This document shows positions 33,001-41,336 of a stretch of DNA of 64,000 nucleotides, one piece after another. Under the pieces are notes generated by a model that saw only the letters and a list, made by a program, of their open reading frames with translations, was not told the origin of the DNA and ran no database searches. This stretch comes from Candidatus Eiseniibacteriota bacterium (lineage in GTDB: Bacteria; Eisenbacteria; RBG-16-71-46; CAVPCR01), in assembly GCA_963702435.1 (NCBI GenBank), contig CAVPCR010000001.1:256001-320000 (forward strand), written 5' to 3'. The translations under genes were made by a program, and so were the position numbers. Every line of letters begins with the position of its first letter. Position 1 is the stretch's first letter.

Positions 33001-34913
33001 CACAGGGGCAGATCCGGATCGCCGAGCAGGATGAGCGCGAACTGGGTCCAGCGATCCGGCGAGTCGTTGTGCGACTGGTTCACCCACGGCAGCCGGGAGT
33101 GGAACAGGCACTCCCCGGCGGTGCCGACCGAGTCGGCGAAGGCGAGGCGGTAGAACTCGTTCTGGTAGCGGCGCGAGACGAAGGGGTAGGCGAGGCGCGT
33201 GGTGCCGACGTACCCGGTGGCGCCGCCGTTCTCGTTCTTGAGCCAGCGCTCGCCGATCGCGTTGTAGTCGATCGAGGCGGAGCTGCAGTTGATGGCGAAG
33301 AGGAACGCATGGCGGGGACCGTTCACGAGCCCGTCCACATCCTGGTTGTTGATGTCGGGGCCGTCGCCGACCGACATCGTGTTCCGGAAACCGTGGCCGA
33401 CGTGGTGGACCCAGCCGAAGCCCGCGTCGATCGAGTCGAGCGCCGCCGCCTTGGTGAGCGGGATCGAGCCGGGGAAGTTCGCCGAGTTCTCGTACATGCG
33501 CACGCGGCGCATCCAGGGGTGGAGGAGGGCGACCGCATCCTCGGCGATGGTGGCCCCGTCGGAGGTCGCGTTGAGCTCCTCGGCGAGGAAGACGATCGAG
33601 GCCGGGTAGCGTGCATCCACGGGCGGCGTCCGCTCGTAGGCGAGGGTCTTCGCGACGAAGACCTGGGCCTCGGCCAGGGTGGCCACCGGGGCGCGGCCGA
33701 CATAGAGCTCGGGTTCGAGATCCACGATGTCGACGGTCGCCTCCCCCATCCGGTCGTCCTTGTCGGCGTTCCAGTTGCCCTCGAGACAGGCGAAGTAGAG
33801 ATCGGTGGGCAGGATCCGCGAGGGCTCGTCGGGGAGAACGTACAGCTCGGAGTACACGTAGCGCGTGGGGATCACCTCGGTGTCGCCGCCAAGGAGCACC
33901 CACATCGTGTCCCAGTTGTCGTAGGCATCCTGGAGGAAGAAGCGCACCTGCTCGGCGCGATCGGCCCCGTTCGGATAGCTGTCGGCGATCCACTCCATGG
34001 TGACGACGGCGGCGGCGAGCCCCTTCCGCGTCTTCCAGTCGGCCAGCGGCTCGAACGCGGGGCGCATCGCCTCGTTCGTGATGATGACGTAGGTCACCGG
34101 CGACCCGTCGGTGGAGGGCGGGAAGGTCGGTGCGAGGGGAGTCGCCCCGGCCGGAGGATCGAAGCGCGCCGCTGCCGCGGGCGGGCGGCCGAGCACGCGA
34201 TCGAGGAGCGCATCGAAGCGTTCCGTGACCGCCGGGACGATGCGCCGGCGCTCGCGCGGGCGATCGGCGGCCGGCGCGAGCGCGAGGCGGAAGCGGACCG
34301 ACTCGGCGAAGCGGAGCTCGCCGCTTGCCGCGTTGTAGCGCGCGGGCGCGAGCTCGATCGTCAGGAGGCGATGGCCGCGCAGGAACCCCTCGCCGGCGAG
34401 CCGGGCCCAGGCTCCGGGGGTCATCGCATCCCGGGCGTAGAGCGCCGCATTGCGCGGCGGGACCGGAAAGACCTGCTCGCCGAAGGCCGGCGGCGCGACC
34501 GGGGCGATATCGGCGCCGGTCGCGATCACGCGCTCCTCGACGGCGGTCACCTCGATGCCCGTCGCGGTGAGCTCGACGGGGATCTCGATGCGGACGGGAA
34601 TGCGGGGCAGCGCGGGGCCGCCCTCCGCTTCGGCCCGCACGAGCGCATCGGAATAGGCGACCGCGGTGCCGTCCGGCCCGGGCGTGAGAACGAGCGCGTC
34701 CGGATCGAACCGCACGACGAAGCCGTCGCCGTCGGGGACGGCCACCACGCGCGCCGCGGGCGACGGCACGCCCGCCGGAGCGAGCGCCTGCGCCGCCGGC
34801 GGCGCGATCGCACCCGCGAGGAGTGCGCAGTGAACATGGCGATATGGCGAGCCCGAGGAAACAATGCGGGCACGCACCCGCCCCGCTTCCACACGGTCGG
34901 TCCTACCTTGCAT
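30051..34913 (-). CDS. Secreted C25 peptidase/FG-GAP/CTD protein (copy 1, promoter-proximal)
   Basis: GGGGGAG RBS before ATG 34913 (the ORF extends to 34967); HHVGHG, AINCSS; ends GVYFLKA...QKLVLVR. Confidence 0.88.
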   Translation of the reverse strand: MQGRTDRVEAGRVRARIVSSGSPYRHVHCALLAGAIAPPAAQALAPAGVPSPAARVVAVPDGDGFVVRFDPDALVLTPGPDGTAVAYSDALVRAEAEGGPALPRIPVRIEIPVELTATGIEVTAVEERVIATGADIAPVAPPAFGEQVFPVPPRNAALYARDAMTPGAWARLAGEGFLRGHRLLTIELAPARYNAASGELRFAESVRFRLALAPAADRPRERRRIVPAVTERFDALLDRVLGRPPAAAARFDPPAGATPLAPTFPPSTDGSPVTYVIITNEAMRPAFEPLADWKTRKGLAAAVVTMEWIADSYPNGADRAEQVRFFLQDAYDNWDTMWVLLGGDTEVIPTRYVYSELYVLPDEPSRILPTDLYFACLEGNWNADKDDRMGEATVDIVDLEPELYVGRAPVATLAEAQVFVAKTLAYERTPPVDARYPASIVFLAEELNATSDGATIAEDAVALLHPWMRRVRMYENSANFPGSIPLTKAAALDSIDAGFGWVHHVGHGFRNTMSVGDGPDINNQDVDGLVNGPRHAFLFAINCSSASIDYNAIGERWLKNENGGATGYVGTTRLAYPFVSRRYQNEFYRLAFADSVGTAGECLFHSRLPWVNQSHNDSPDRWTQFALILLGDPDLPLWTNRPEPLVAEHPDTLALGTGVVVTTVRAGGSPVAAATVTLWAPGQDYKKGQTAVNGISALPFDPEAPGLAQVTAARRNYLPYTATMQIVASTPPFLYVQDVNVDDDLSGGSVGNDDGQTNPGETVWLDAFLRNTGLAAATNVTATLVCEYGAEHVSIFSTPPVTYPNVPPGGTVHGQSHVVRVKMTAPLDFLPRFRIDLTTDQGNWSDIFVLPVYAVRTTQYAHAWSDPPPGGNGNALIEPGEDVGYTVELRNDGIGQGVGIEGRLRVLNRNTGLPDPAVTVTDGFAAYGTLDPGQRGSGSYAFSLGGSAVPALLRLELTVEDNYDTLRVDLTDLAIPGPVDSLRAIGSASSIRILWERNTDPDLLGFDIYRAASAAGPFTRVNAYTVDGISFYEDTPLAPLTRYYYKVAARDSSFNTGPLSAAISVSTNPPLAAGWPIETTQVTTSGPQIYDFDRDGRNELVMGSDYIYAWRADGLEVRDGDNDPRSSGPFTTWGYDIDNGFRGDPAIADLNRDGSFEIIFAGWGARAEEGKLHVLGPDGNQRPGWPRTFSYPFNWGSAAVGQLDQDNQLEIVAMRGQDGVVFAFNHDGTEVVNGDGNPSTIGPFFVVGSTFTYAGTALGDFDGDGRDEVVAVANSAAGEVFVIDGDGTLLPGWPQATGGPITATPAVADLDGVGPPELVVAAEDDSVYVFKADGGRFPGWPRLAEVLTGQARTSSPIVADLDQNGQLDILFAANDGRFHVWRRDGSAMPGWTNVLFAQDELDAGATEATPTVGDIDGDGQYEVLLGAEDRRLYAWNHDGTEVAGFPIQLEGEVRSGATIADFDQDGLVEIAVSGYDQNVYVWKMPYAYNRALVPWGSFRHDLRNTGNAGTSTTIGIDDPGAAPLAAAFRLGRAQPNPFNPATEFALDVPASAGREPIGLRIYDVSGRLARVLLATPLAPGPHRFTWDGRDGRGEPLASGVYFLKADGPGFAAIQKLVLVR

Positions 34914-35186
34914 CGCTCCCCCAGTGCTTGCGCACGCCGCGCGCAACAGCTCACGCCATCGCGCCACGCGTGGGGCCTGATCGAACTCGAAAGGGATTCG
35001 CCCCGGGAGCCCACCCTGAAGCAGCCTTCGCTCCGGAACCGGGGTGGCTCCGAAGCAAGCTGGCTGCGGCCTCTAGAGCGGGCGTTTCCTTAGCAAGAAC
35101 CTGGGAGCCACCTCGGATGATCGGGGTGCGGGTGTGGAGGTCGCCGGTCGGGGGACCAGCGGTCCAGGATCCGGCGGTTAGGAGGA

Positions 35187-35215
35187 ACTATAGCAGAAGG
35201 CCGCGAATCTGTCAA
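35187..35215 (-). promoter_or_regulatory. Near-consensus sigma70 promoter of the C25 array
   Basis: TTGACA (35215-35210), 17-nt spacer, TG-extended TATAGT (35192-35187), with AT-rich sequence upstream. Confidence 0.8.
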
Positions 35216-35293
35216 CTAATGGGTGAATTCATAAAGACTTAGACAGGCGGCAGCAGCCCGCCGGCCGGCGCCCGGACTGGGCCCTGTCCGGCC

Positions 35294-36265
35294 CTAGCGG
35301 CCGAGGCGGGCCTTCAACGCCGCCGTGAGCTTCGGCACGACCTCGAAGAGGTCGCCGACGATCCCGTAGTTCGCGACCTTGAAGATGGGCGCTTCCGCGT
35401 CCTTGTTGATGGCGACGATCACGTCCGAGTTGCGCATGCCCGCGAGGTGCTGGATCGCCCCCGAGATCCCGATCGCGATGTAGAGCCGCGGGGTCACCGT
35501 GCGCCCGGTCTGGCCGACCTGATGCACGTACGGGATCCAGCCCGCGTCGACGACCGCGCGCGAGGCCCCGACCGCGGCCTTGAGCACGGTCGCCAGGTCG
35601 CGCACCACCGCGAAGTTCTCGGGCTTCTGGAGGCCGCGACCGCCCGAGACCACGATCTCGGCATCCTGCAGGTTCACCTCGCCCGCCCCACCGGTCAGGA
35701 CCTCGACGACATGCGCTGCGGCGATCTCATCCGGCGTCACGGAGGCCGGCACCGTCACGACCGTTCCCGTCTTCCCGTCGGCGGCCGGCGGCGGCGGGAA
35801 GGCCTTCGGGCGCACGGCGGCCACGGCCGGCTTCGCGAGCGAGGTGACCTCGGCGGTGCGATTGCCGCCGAAGCAGGGACGCTCGAAGCGGAAGCCGTCG
35901 CCGGCAGCGTCGATCGCGGTCACATCCACGGCGAGCCCGGTGTCGAGAGCAGCGGCGAGTCCGGCCGCGAGCTCCTTGCCGCGGAAGGTGGCGGCGAGGA
36001 GCACGAGATCGGGCGTCTCGCGCGCCGCGACCTCGGCGGCGATGCGCACGTACGGCGTGAACCGATACTCCGCGAGGTCGGCGTGCTCGGCCGCGAGCAC
36101 GCGACCGACGCCGCGGGCGAAGAGCGCCGGCGCGAGGGCCGCGACCCGGGCGCCGAGGACGAGGCAGTCCACCGTGCCGCCGAGAGCGGCGGCCTTGCCC
36201 GCGAGCTCGAACGTGACCGGCGCGATCTGGTCGCCCTCCAGCTCCGCAATGATGAGAGTCTTCAT
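35294..36265 (-). CDS. etfA: Electron transfer flavoprotein alpha subunit
   Basis: [48 protein letters not shown]. Confidence 0.97.
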   Translation of the reverse strand: MKTLIIAELEGDQIAPVTFELAGKAAALGGTVDCLVLGARVAALAPALFARGVGRVLAAEHADLAEYRFTPYVRIAAEVAARETPDLVLLAATFRGKELAAGLAAALDTGLAVDVTAIDAAGDGFRFERPCFGGNRTAEVTSLAKPAVAAVRPKAFPPPPAADGKTGTVVTVPASVTPDEIAAAHVVEVLTGGAGEVNLQDAEIVVSGGRGLQKPENFAVVRDLATVLKAAVGASRAVVDAGWIPYVHQVGQTGRTVTPRLYIAIGISGAIQHLAGMRNSDVIVAINKDAEAPIFKVANYGIVGDLFEVVPKLTAALKARLGR

Positions 36266-36281
36266 GGCGCCCCCTCCTCCC

Positions 36282-37079
36282 CTAGCCGATCACCTTGGTC
36301 CCGGCGAGCCGCTCGACGAGCGCGGCCACCGCCGCATCGGCATCCCCGGTGAGCACCTCACCCGCGGCGCGCGCCGGCGGCATCCCGATCTCTCCGACGC
36401 GCACCGCCGAGCCGGCGAGCCCGACCCGGGCCGGTTCGAGCCCGAGGTCGGCCGGGGTCCACACCGGGATCTCCTTCTTCGCCGCCTTGCGGATGTTGAT
36501 GAGCGACGGATAACGCGGCTGGTTCATGTCCTTCTCGGCGGTGAGGACGAGCGGGAGCTTCGCCTTCACCACCTCGCGCCCCTGATCGAGCGTGCGCTCG
36601 GCCGTGAGGAGGCGCGCCTTCCAGTCGACGCTCACCACCTTGGTGACGAGCGAGAGCACCGGGATCCCGAGCATGGCGGCGAGACGCGGGCCGACCTGAT
36701 GCATCTCGCCGTCGATCGCCCGCTTCCCGCAGAGGATCACATCGAAGGCCCCGATCTTCTGGATGGCCGCGGCGAGCGTCCGCGCCGTGGCGCGGCCGTC
36801 CGCGCCCGCGAACGCCGCGTGGTCGAGGAGCACCGCATCGTCGGCGCCCATCGCCAGGCACTCGCGGAGCGCCTCCTTGGTGCGCTCGGGCCCCATGGCG
36901 AGCACCACCACCTTGCCGCCGTCCTGCTCGCGCATGCGGATCGCTTCCTCGACCGCGAACTGGTCGAAGGGATTCAGGATCTTGGTGGCCTTGTCGATGT
37001 TGAGGACCTGGGTCGCTGCGTCCCACTCGACCTGGTTCGGCGTCTCGGCGACCTGCTTGATGCAGACGATTGCGATCAT
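36282..37079 (-). CDS. etfB: Electron transfer flavoprotein beta subunit
   Basis: MIAIVCIKQV, NPFDQFAVEEA, LAMGADDAVL, GKRAIDG, PRYPSL; GGGGGGAGG RBS. Confidence 0.96.
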   Translation of the reverse strand: MIAIVCIKQVAETPNQVEWDAATQVLNIDKATKILNPFDQFAVEEAIRMREQDGGKVVVLAMGPERTKEALRECLAMGADDAVLLDHAAFAGADGRATARTLAAAIQKIGAFDVILCGKRAIDGEMHQVGPRLAAMLGIPVLSLVTKVVSVDWKARLLTAERTLDQGREVVKAKLPLVLTAEKDMNQPRYPSLINIRKAAKKEIPVWTPADLGLEPARVGLAGSAVRVGEIGMPPARAAGEVLTGDADAAVAALVERLAGTKVIG

Positions 37080-37117
37080 CCTCCCCCCCCTCGCTCGTTC
37101 GTGCGAGCTGCCCGTCA

Positions 37118-37194
37118 CTCGCTCACTCGACCGGATTGGCGCTCGCTCACTCGACCGGATTGGCGCTCGCTCACTCGACCGGATTGGCGCTCGC
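37118..37194. repeat. Perfect 24-bp tandem repeat, 3 copies (CTCGCTCACTCGACCGGATTGGCG)
   Basis: Units at 37118, 37142 and 37166; each contains the last codons and TGA of the upstream LeuA-family gene. Confidence 0.95.
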
Positions 37195-38457
37195 CGGGCG
37201 GGCCGGTGTCGCCCCCCAGCCCAAGCCCGCCGCGGTCAGGACCGCGCGGATCTCCTCGTCGGTGAGAATGCGATCGGATTCCTTGGCGCGAGCGATCACG
37301 CCGGCGACGAGCGCCGGATCGGCCCCGATCCCGTGCTGCTCGAGCCAGTGGATGACGTTCGACTCTCCGGACATGGGGCCGATCTCGATCTTCTGCTCGA
37401 GGCCGACCCAGTGGGCCGGCACTCCCGAGTAGACCAGATCGGCGAGCCACACGTCGCCCTTGCGCATGGCCTTGATCACCGCCGCCGCGTGCACCCCGGT
37501 GCCGGTGCGGAAGGCGTCGCTGCCGACGATCGGGTAGTTGATGGGGATCGCCACGCCGACCGCGCGGGAGATGGCCCGGCAGTACTCGCCGAGCGCCGAG
37601 AGATCGTTCCTGATCCAGCCGAATAGGCGCAGATTGACGAGGAGCTGATCGAGCGGCGTGTTGCCGACGCGCTCGCCGATCCCGATCCCGGTGCCGTGCA
37701 CGCGGTCCACCCCGGTGCGCACGGCGACGATCGAGTTGATGACCCCGAGCCCGCGATCGTTGTGGCCGTGCCAGTCGAGCTTGACGTCGGCACTCTCGGC
37801 GTCGATGAGATCGCGCGCGAAGCGGACCAGCGCCTCGACCCCGCGCGGCGTGACGTGGCCGACCGTGTCGCACAGGCAGAGCCGGGAGGCCCCGGCGTGG
37901 ATCGCGGCCTTGAACAGCTTGGCCAGGGTATCGGGGTGGGCGCGCGTCGTGTCCTCGGTCACGTACATGACCGGGATGCCGTGCTTGACGCCGTAGCTGA
38001 CCGCTTCCTCGGTGTGGCGGAGAAGGCGCTCGATCGACCAGTCCTCCGCGTACTGGCGGATCGGGCTCGAGCCGATGAAGGTGCACGCCTCGACCGGGAT
38101 GCCGAGCCGCTCGGAGATCTCGATGACCGGCGTGATGTCCTTGATCAGGGTGCGACAGGCGCAGTTCGGCCGGATCTTGAGCCTCGACTGCACGATGTCG
38201 CGGACGAGGGCCTCGCAGGAGTGCGCGTGGCGCGGGCCCGCCCCCGGCAGGCCGACGTCCACCGACTGGACGCCGAGGCGATCCATGAGGTGCACGAGCT
38301 CGATCTTGCTCTCGATCGGCGGGTCGACCACGGACGGCGACTGCAGGCCGTCGCGCAGCGACTCGTCCACGAACTCGATGGGGCGCGGCCACTCACGCAC
38401 GTCGCCGCCGCGGATGTTCCAGTCGTAGATGAGCTGGGGCTTGGCCTCGACCGCCAT
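37171..38457 (-). CDS. LeuA/DRE-TIM metallolyase family (2-isopropylmalate/homocitrate synthase-like), lacking the C-terminal regulatory domain
   Basis: DESLRDGLQS, LCDTVG, HGHNDRGLG, GIGERVGN, GPMSG; 428 aa; GAGGAG RBS. Confidence 0.88.
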   Translation of the reverse strand: MAVEAKPQLIYDWNIRGGDVREWPRPIEFVDESLRDGLQSPSVVDPPIESKIELVHLMDRLGVQSVDVGLPGAGPRHAHSCEALVRDIVQSRLKIRPNCACRTLIKDITPVIEISERLGIPVEACTFIGSSPIRQYAEDWSIERLLRHTEEAVSYGVKHGIPVMYVTEDTTRAHPDTLAKLFKAAIHAGASRLCLCDTVGHVTPRGVEALVRFARDLIDAESADVKLDWHGHNDRGLGVINSIVAVRTGVDRVHGTGIGIGERVGNTPLDQLLVNLRLFGWIRNDLSALGEYCRAISRAVGVAIPINYPIVGSDAFRTGTGVHAAAVIKAMRKGDVWLADLVYSGVPAHWVGLEQKIEIGPMSGESNVIHWLEQHGIGADPALVAGVIARAKESDRILTDEEIRAVLTAAGLGWGATPARPASANPVE

Positions 38458-38726
38458 GCTTCGCGTCTCCTCTGGCGCCGTGGTCCCTCGTGAGCGGCGT
38501 CGGATGCTGTCTCGCTCGCGTCGAATGCTCCGGCGGGAACTCCGGAATCTAGCAAGCCCCGGCGGCCGGCGCAACCGGGCGGCGCCGCGGGAGGGGCGCC
38601 GGCGACGCCGGCGCACGGCACGCGATCGGGGCATCTCGCGCCGCGCGCGGGCGGCCTTCTTGCACAACATGAGGAGCGGAGTCGCCATGCCGCGCGCCGT
38701 CCGCTGCGCGCGAAGGAGCAGCACCC

Positions 38727-40130
38727 ATCGACGAAACTTCGCCGCGATCTCATCTTCGGGGACTCGCCGCGCTCCTCGGCGCGCTCGTCCTCGCCGCCGG
38801 AGCGGCGCCGAGCGCGGGGGAAACCACCGAGAGCGCGGTGGAACTCACCCTGCCGCTCAGCGCCATCTGGCACGTCGCCCTGGGGGAGGTCGCCCTCTCG
38901 TCCTGGCGCGCGCCGCTTCGTGACGAGGTCCTCCTCCTGCCGGCGGCGGACGGAGTCGAGGCGCGCGCGGCGCGCACGGGGGACCTCCTCTGGCGGGCGG
39001 ACCTCGGTACGCTGTCGCCACGCGCGGCCGCCTATCGCGAGGATCTCGTCCTCGTCGGCGGCGTGGCACCCGTCGGGGAACCCGATCTCATCGCGCTCGA
39101 CGCGGCGACGGGGGCAGTGCGCTTCGGGGTGCGGCTCGGCGGCGTCTTCGCGGCGCCGGTTCCCACCCCGGACGGGTTCGTCGCGGCGTCCACGCATGCC
39201 CTCGCCGCGTTCGATGCGGCGGGGACGCGGCTCTGGCAGGTGGACTTCCCGCGCACGGCGGACGGCTATCCGGGCGGACCCGGGCTCGCGCGCCCGGCGC
39301 TCCTCGGGGACCTGGTCCTCGCCGGCGCCGCCGATGCGCACCTCCATGCGTTCGCCCTCGCCGGCGGACACCACGTCTGGTCGGCGCCGCTCCCCCGCCG
39401 TCTTCTCGCCGGCGTCGCGACCGACGGCGCGCAGGCCATCGTCGCCACGCTCGATGCGATCATCGCCTTCGATGCGCTCGGCCGCGAGCGCTGGCGGCGC
39501 GCGATCGCGGGCGACCCCGCGTATGCCACACCCACCGTCGCGGGCGGCCTCGTCTACGCCGCGACCGGCACCGGCGGCGCGGTCGTCGCGCTCGATGCGG
39601 CGGACGGGCGTCTCGTCTGGACCGCCGAGCTCGGCGCCGACTCCTACAGCCATCCCGCGATCACGCGCGAGCACGTGCTTGTCGGCGACATGACGAGCCG
39701 GCTCCTCGCGCTCGAGCGCCAGAGCGGCGCGATCGCGTGGTCCACCGGCCTCCTCGGGAGCGGCGGCGTCTATCTCGCCGATCCGGTCGTCGCCGACAGC
39801 CTGGTCGGGGTCGGCACCGCCGACGGCACCTTCGAGGTGCTCGCGTCGGATCCGGCCGCGGCGCCACCCGCCCGCGCGGCGCTCCGCTTCGCCCCGAACC
39901 CGTTCCGGGACGAGGTGACGATCCTCGGGGGCGAGAGCGCCGGCGCGGCGCGGCTCCTCGTCTTCGATGCGAGCGGGCGCCTTCGCCGTGCGATCGTGGT
40001 CGCCGCCGGCTCGCCGCCGCGCTGGGATGGACGGGACGGCCGGGGCCGCGCGGTTCCGGCCGGAACGTACTTCCTCCGGTTCGTTGACGGGAGCGGCCCG
40101 CGCGCGGGGAAGGTCGAGTGCCTCCGCTAA
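38727..40130 (+). CDS. PQQ-like (BamB-type) beta-propeller protein with FlgD-Ig/T9SS-like CTD; start codon atypical
   Basis: Repeated ALDAxxGxxxW motifs; PNPF...WDGRDGRG...GTYFLR. The frame is open upstream of GTG 38838 through a signal peptide to ATC 38727, which lies 8 nt after AAGGAG. Confidence 0.75.
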   Translation: MDETSPRSHLRGLAALLGALVLAAGAAPSAGETTESAVELTLPLSAIWHVALGEVALSSWRAPLRDEVLLLPAADGVEARAARTGDLLWRADLGTLSPRAAAYREDLVLVGGVAPVGEPDLIALDAATGAVRFGVRLGGVFAAPVPTPDGFVAASTHALAAFDAAGTRLWQVDFPRTADGYPGGPGLARPALLGDLVLAGAADAHLHAFALAGGHHVWSAPLPRRLLAGVATDGAQAIVATLDAIIAFDALGRERWRRAIAGDPAYATPTVAGGLVYAATGTGGAVVALDAADGRLVWTAELGADSYSHPAITREHVLVGDMTSRLLALERQSGAIAWSTGLLGSGGVYLADPVVADSLVGVGTADGTFEVLASDPAAAPPARAALRFAPNPFRDEVTILGGESAGAARLLVFDASGRLRRAIVVAAGSPPRWDGRDGRGRAVPAGTYFLRFVDGSGPRAGKVECLR

Positions 40131-40230
40131 CCGGACGCTGGAAGTCAACGGGCTGCCGGATGCACCGGACCGGCCTCACCGGATTGGAGGCCGGGCGACT
40201 CGGACGTCGTCGCCGGGACCGGGGCGGGGA

Positions 40231-41139
40231 TCAGCTCTTCGGCTTCGCGCCCGCCGCCGGCGCGGGAGTCGTCGCCGCGCCGCTCTTCAGCTCGTTCATC
40301 TTCAGCGCGCGCTCCTGGAGCTCCTTGTCGGCGTCTGCGATGATCTCGTCCATGAGCTTCGCATTCTCGAGCGCGCGTTCCGCGGTGGATGGGTCTGCCT
40401 GGGGGCCGGACCCGGCCAGCTCGGCGCACTTCCGCCAGGAGCGCGCCGCATCGCGGTAGAGACCCGACTCGGCGAAGGCGATGGCGAGCGAGTAGTACGA
40501 GTTCGGGAAGGCGGGATCGGCGCGGATGGCGGCGCGATAGGCATCGACCGCCGGCTCGTACTTCTTCTGCGTGAGCAGGATGTCGCCCAGGTTGATCTGG
40601 GCGAGCGCATCGTTCGGGTTCGCGGCCAGCGCCTTGCGGAACGACTCCTCTGCTTCCTCGGTGCGGGCGAGCTCCTTGAGCACGACGCCGCGGTTCACCC
40701 AGGCCCGCGAGCTGGTCGGATCGATCTGCGTCGCCCGGCCGTACTGGAGCAGGGCCGAGTGCAGGTGCCCCGCGCCGTGGTAGGCATTGCCGAGCTTGTA
40801 ACGGAGGTCGTAGTCGTCGGGCGACTTCTCGACCAGGACGAGGAGCGAGTCGATGTCCTTCTCGCGCGGATCGCTGACCTTGTTGAGATCGTGGCGCCGC
40901 GACTCCATCTCGACTTCCTGCTGGTCGAGCTCGGCCCGTCGTGCCGCCTGCTCGGCGGGGCTCAAGGTGTCCTTGGGCGCCGCGATCGTGCCGGCAGCGG
41001 CTGCCGCCGGCGGCGCCTCGGCCTCGGTGGCGGCGGCCGGAGCGAGAGCCACGACGATCGCGGCGAGCGCCGCGACCAGGACGTCGAGCGAGCGCAGGAC
41101 CGGACGACGATCGGCGACGAGAAGGCGGGCGGACGACAT
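40231..41139 (-). CDS. Secreted TPR-repeat protein
   Basis: Signal peptide followed by about 4 TPRs (LGNAY, AWVNRGVVL, AQINLGDIL, SYYSLAIAF). Confidence 0.85.
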   Translation of the reverse strand: MSSARLLVADRRPVLRSLDVLVAALAAIVVALAPAAATEAEAPPAAAAAGTIAAPKDTLSPAEQAARRAELDQQEVEMESRRHDLNKVSDPREKDIDSLLVLVEKSPDDYDLRYKLGNAYHGAGHLHSALLQYGRATQIDPTSSRAWVNRGVVLKELARTEEAEESFRKALAANPNDALAQINLGDILLTQKKYEPAVDAYRAAIRADPAFPNSYYSLAIAFAESGLYRDAARSWRKCAELAGSGPQADPSTAERALENAKLMDEIIADADKELQERALKMNELKSGAATTPAPAAGAKPKS

Positions 41140-41223
41140 GGCGATCACTCCCCGGGGCGGCGCGGCCCGGACCGCAAGGACGTGGTGTACCGACAGCGAG
41201 GCCGACATGGCCAAGTACACATG

Positions 41224-41302
41224 AGAATAGGCGGTTGCCCCGGCGCCTGTCAAACCTACGCGCCGGGGTCCGGTTGACCGCGGCCGGGGCGCGTGGTATC
41301 CG
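41224..41302. promoter_or_regulatory. Back-to-back divergent sigma70 promoters
   Basis: Minus: TTGACA (41253-41248)-N18-TATTCT (41229-41224). Plus: TTGACC (41274)-N17-TG-extended TATCCG. Confidence 0.6.
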
Positions 41303-41336
41303 GGGGAGGACCTGGCCGGTGCGGAAGGGAGAGACC

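Noticed and set aside
6675..35093. Very long plus-strand ORFs (for example 19067..24709, 25519..29799, 6675..10718)
   Set aside because: Antisense shadows of the GC-rich C25 genes; Arg/Val/Asp-rich translations with no recognisable motifs.
35090..35112. Sigma54 promoter in the C25 leader (TGGCTC...TTGC)
   Set aside because: GG-to-GC spacing is 13 nt rather than the required 10.
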